A stretch of 64,000 nucleotides of DNA, taken from assembly GCA_028534125.1 (NCBI GenBank), contig CM052817.1:53260001-53324000 (forward strand), in the 5' to 3' direction. The notes beneath the pieces were generated by a model. The model saw nothing but the letters and a program-made list of their open reading frames with translations, did not search any database and had not been told where the DNA came from. Both the position numbers and the translations under genes were made by a program. The DNA comes from Lama glama (lineage: Eukaryota). Positions 60,840 to 64,000 of this stretch are shown one piece after another; within the stretch, counting starts at the first letter, position 1, and every line of letters begins with the position of its first letter.

Positions 60840-63110
60840 AAATTCAAATGATATAATACTCATATCAATAAAATCAGACTGAACAATCCATATAATCATC
60901 ACAATAGATGCAGAGGCAGCAGTCAATAAAATTCAAAATTTAATAAAACTATTAACCTAGTAATAGAAAAAAGCTTCATTAGCTTAATAATTAATATCTA
61001 CAAATGGATATCTACAAATAATAACATAATTAATGATAAATCAGTATCAATAGCAGAGTTAATGATGAAAGAATAATTATACATAAATTTATCTGAGCTG
61101 CAAATATAATAAGATGTCCCTCTGCATTTATAATCACTATTATATTTGATGCTTTATTAAATGCAAGAAAAATAACTACAAGAATTTGAAAGGATTAGAA
61201 CTGTCATTTGCAGATGACATGATTAGTTACATAAAAATCTTTAATCTAAAATAGAAGTCAACAGAATTAAAATGCAATATAGTAAGATCACTTCATAAAA
61301 TTTCCATATACAAAAATCAACTGCATTTGAAGGACCAATAAGAAAACACATTAAGATATTATAACATTTGCAATTTACTCAAAAAAAGAGATTCCTGTGA
61401 ATAAACCTAGTTGTAAGAATTTTAAAAACAAGAAAACACAGTACAGAAATAGATACTATTGAGAGAAATTACAGCAGTTTTTTAAGCATTTAAGAATATA
61501 TCACGTTCATGAATAAAATGATTCAGTATTATGAAGAACTGATCTATAGATCTGATTCAATGCCAACATAATATAGTAGTGCATTATGTGTATACGTGTG
61601 TGTTGGAATTTACTTATTTTCAAATTTATATGGAAGTGAAATGAACCAAAAATAGCCAAGATAATACTGATGAAACAAAACACAGATAGAAAATTTAACT
61701 TAGTGGATATCAAGATTTATTTAAAGCTCCAGTAATTAGGAATGTGTGTTATTGGTGCCAAGGAGAATCCAAATAAGTTAGTAAACACAACACTTAATTT
61801 ATGTCAAATGTGGCATTTCAGAGCAGTAGGAGAAATCTTCACAGTAAGTGTATTGGGTCAATGAAATATATATCCATTGATTCCTATCTCACTCCACACA
61901 CACATACAATTATATGCAAATTATATATATAAATGTGAGAGGTAGAGCATTATATTCTCTCTAGAAAATATCCATAATGAAAGAAAATAATAATAAATAC
62001 ATGCACATAACTAATTTACATTAGAGGAGAGGGGATATTATGGTATAATTGATACAGAGCAAAATTCATCTTTTTAGATGTACAGTTTGATGAGTTTTGG
62101 CAAATTTGAAGCTTACTTTTTAAACATCACAAATTTGTAAGAAAAGTAGTATGATAATCTAGACCACATTAAAATTTATAAAATCTGGCTTATCAAAAGA
62201 TATTAAAAGTCAGGTGAAAAAGTCAAGCTATAGACCAGAAAAAATATTTGCAATTCATATTATAACAAATTTTTTGAATACTGAAAATATAGAAAACCCG
62301 TAAGCCAAAAAGAAAAAAGGAAAATCTATTCAAAAAATGTGGAAAAGATATGAATAGACATTTCAAATCAAAAGATACTCAAATGAAAAATAAATGAAAG
62401 TATGTTACAACTCATGAGGGAAATGTTCATTAATACCACACTTTTGATCACGTTCTGTGCTCATCAATGCAAAAGTACACAGACAAATCAGTGTTAGCTA
62501 GGATGTAAGGTAACCAGAACTCTCATTAGTTGATGATGCAAGAATAAGATGGTAATAATGCTTAGGGAAGCTGGTGATATTTACTAAAAGTATACATGCC
62601 TTAAGACCCAGCAACTCTACTGCTAGTATATGTGCAAGAGAGATATATCCCAAAAGATGTATAAGAATGTACATAACACTATTATTTATAAGAACCCAAA
62701 ACCTTAAAACTAATCAAACATCTATTCACAACAAAATAAGCAAGCAAGCAAAAGTTTAGTAAATTCACACACAAAGGCCTATAATTATACAACAATATCA
62801 ATAAACTATTCAAATTCAGTAACTTGTATGAACCTCACAAATAAAAGATTAAGCTTCAGAGACCAATCACAAAAGAATTCACATTTTTATTCCATAGAAT
62901 AAAATGCAAAAGAGGGAAAATGATCTATAATTTGAGAAGTAAGGTAGTACTCATGTTTGGAGAGACCATGGGAGGTACTGTAAACAATGAGTAAGGTTTT
63001 GTTTTATAGAAGTTGAACACTTGGTTCACTTCTGATCTTTCATCAAACTTTACACTTAGAATTTGCTTGCATTTCTCTATGCATAGTATACTGAGAGAAA
63101 ATATTTATTA
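60840..63110 (+). mobile_element. Ancient L1M (L1MD/ME-like) ORF2-3'UTR remnant
   Basis: 'caatagatgcagaggcagc', 'ctgtcatttgcagatgacatgatt' (FADDM), 'gaactgatctatagatctg', 'gacccagcaactctactgctagtatat'. Confidence 0.75.
62035..62110 (-). mobile_element. Short antisense L1MB/MC-like 3' terminus inside the older L1
   Basis: 'tattatggtataattgatacagagcaaaattcatctttttagatgtacagtttgatgagttttggcaaat' resembles the reversed extreme 3' end of L1M elements. Confidence 0.55.
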
Positions 63111-63339
63111 AAATCGGTTGGTATTTTTAGTCTATCCTGTATTTTTCATTGAAATATCACCATATTAAATTAACTGCCATGAAGGATATTTGATATTCAC
63201 ATATTATGTACCAGGTTTATTCCGTAGCTTTGACTAGAATATTGACTAGAGATATTTCCCTGGAATATCTCTTCAGTAGTCCCAAAATCACACGTACAGC
63301 ATGAAAGGTGGTAATCAGGTTATCTCAGTGAATAAAAAC

Positions 63340-63880
63340 TTGTTAGCTAATCATGTAACAGCAAAGAGTAGGAAGTTCAGTGGGCACCAATTTGAGTGTC
63401 CATCCAGCCTTCTTTACTAGGCATTGCCTGCCCCACCCACAGGTTTGCTTCCTTGTATCACTGTTTCTTTTCTATGATTCAACTCTCCTGGCTTCAGATG
63501 GCTGAATATAGGTGGAAATATCACCCAAACTGGGACATTTTCATTCTATCTTTTGGAAGCATGGAATTTAAATTGAAAATAGCTAAACATAAGCCGGCCT
63601 ATTAAATAAAGGTAATATAAATCTGAAAGCCATTAATTCACCAATTTCTGCTTCTTTATTCAAACATGTCAGTCTGCAGAGAAAGGACAATGAACAAATA
63701 CAGAGAAAGTAGAAAAACTAAAATTTGAGAAAAGAGGTCATCTGGCTTTCCAGTATTGAACAGCACTTTCTTGCTAAGGCTCCATGTCATTTCGCCTTGG
63801 ATTACACAAGCATGTCCACTATTCCTATCAAAAATACATTTCTTTTGCTCCTATTGTTTTTAATGACAAACTTCATCTAC
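63340..63880 (+). mobile_element. Possible old ERVL-type LTR (LTR33/LTR16-like)
   Basis: 'ccttctttactaggcattgcctgccccaccc...ggtggaaatatcacccaaactggg...'; low-level resemblance only. Confidence 0.35.
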
Positions 63881-64000
63881 ATCATAATTTTATTTAGGAT
63901 ATTTTGCATTTGTATTATATGTGCACGAGCGTTAGTGGAAAGAGGAGCAATGCAAATCTCCCAAGGTGAAGATATTTATGATGGGATAAGATGTACTTTG

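Noticed and set aside
1..64000. CRISPR array, operon or prokaryotic defence system; host protein-coding gene
   Set aside because: The sequence is mammalian and repeat-dominated. I saw no regularly spaced repeat-spacer array and no exon chain encoding a recognisable protein. Small exons of a large gene cannot be excluded by eye.

Overview
This is AT-rich, CpG-poor mammalian non-coding DNA (intergenic or deep intronic), most likely camelid. That assignment rests on a Vic-1-type tRNA-derived SINE and on L1 3' ends of the camel/alpaca type. I cannot support any host protein-coding gene, RNA gene, CRISPR array or prokaryote-style system. The ORF track consists of chance ORFs, N-gap artefacts and decayed transposon ORFs (Tigger1 transposase, L1 ORF2p). 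A large part of the window is interspersed repeat: ancient L2, MIR and L1M; MaLR (MLT1) and ERV LTRs (MER21-like, MER31-like); two internally deleted Tigger1 elements; and several younger L1 insertions with visible target-site duplications (TSDs). There is a 500-N scaffold gap at 6399-6898. The best leads are (i) an ancient L1MC 5'UTR that has kept a dense CpG cluster and carries a perfect antisense splice donor (candidate exapted promoter/first exon, ~25050-25440); (ii) a ~125 bp L1 insertion with an exact 12-bp TSD and an apparent 3' transduction; (iii) a twin-primed 5'-inverted L1 missing ~0.9 kb; (iv) multi-layer nested insertions; and (v) candidate CTCF and enhancer sites in unique sequence. 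Repeat family names come from my recall of consensus sequences, not from a search. Old-repeat boundaries are approximate (tens of bp or more).
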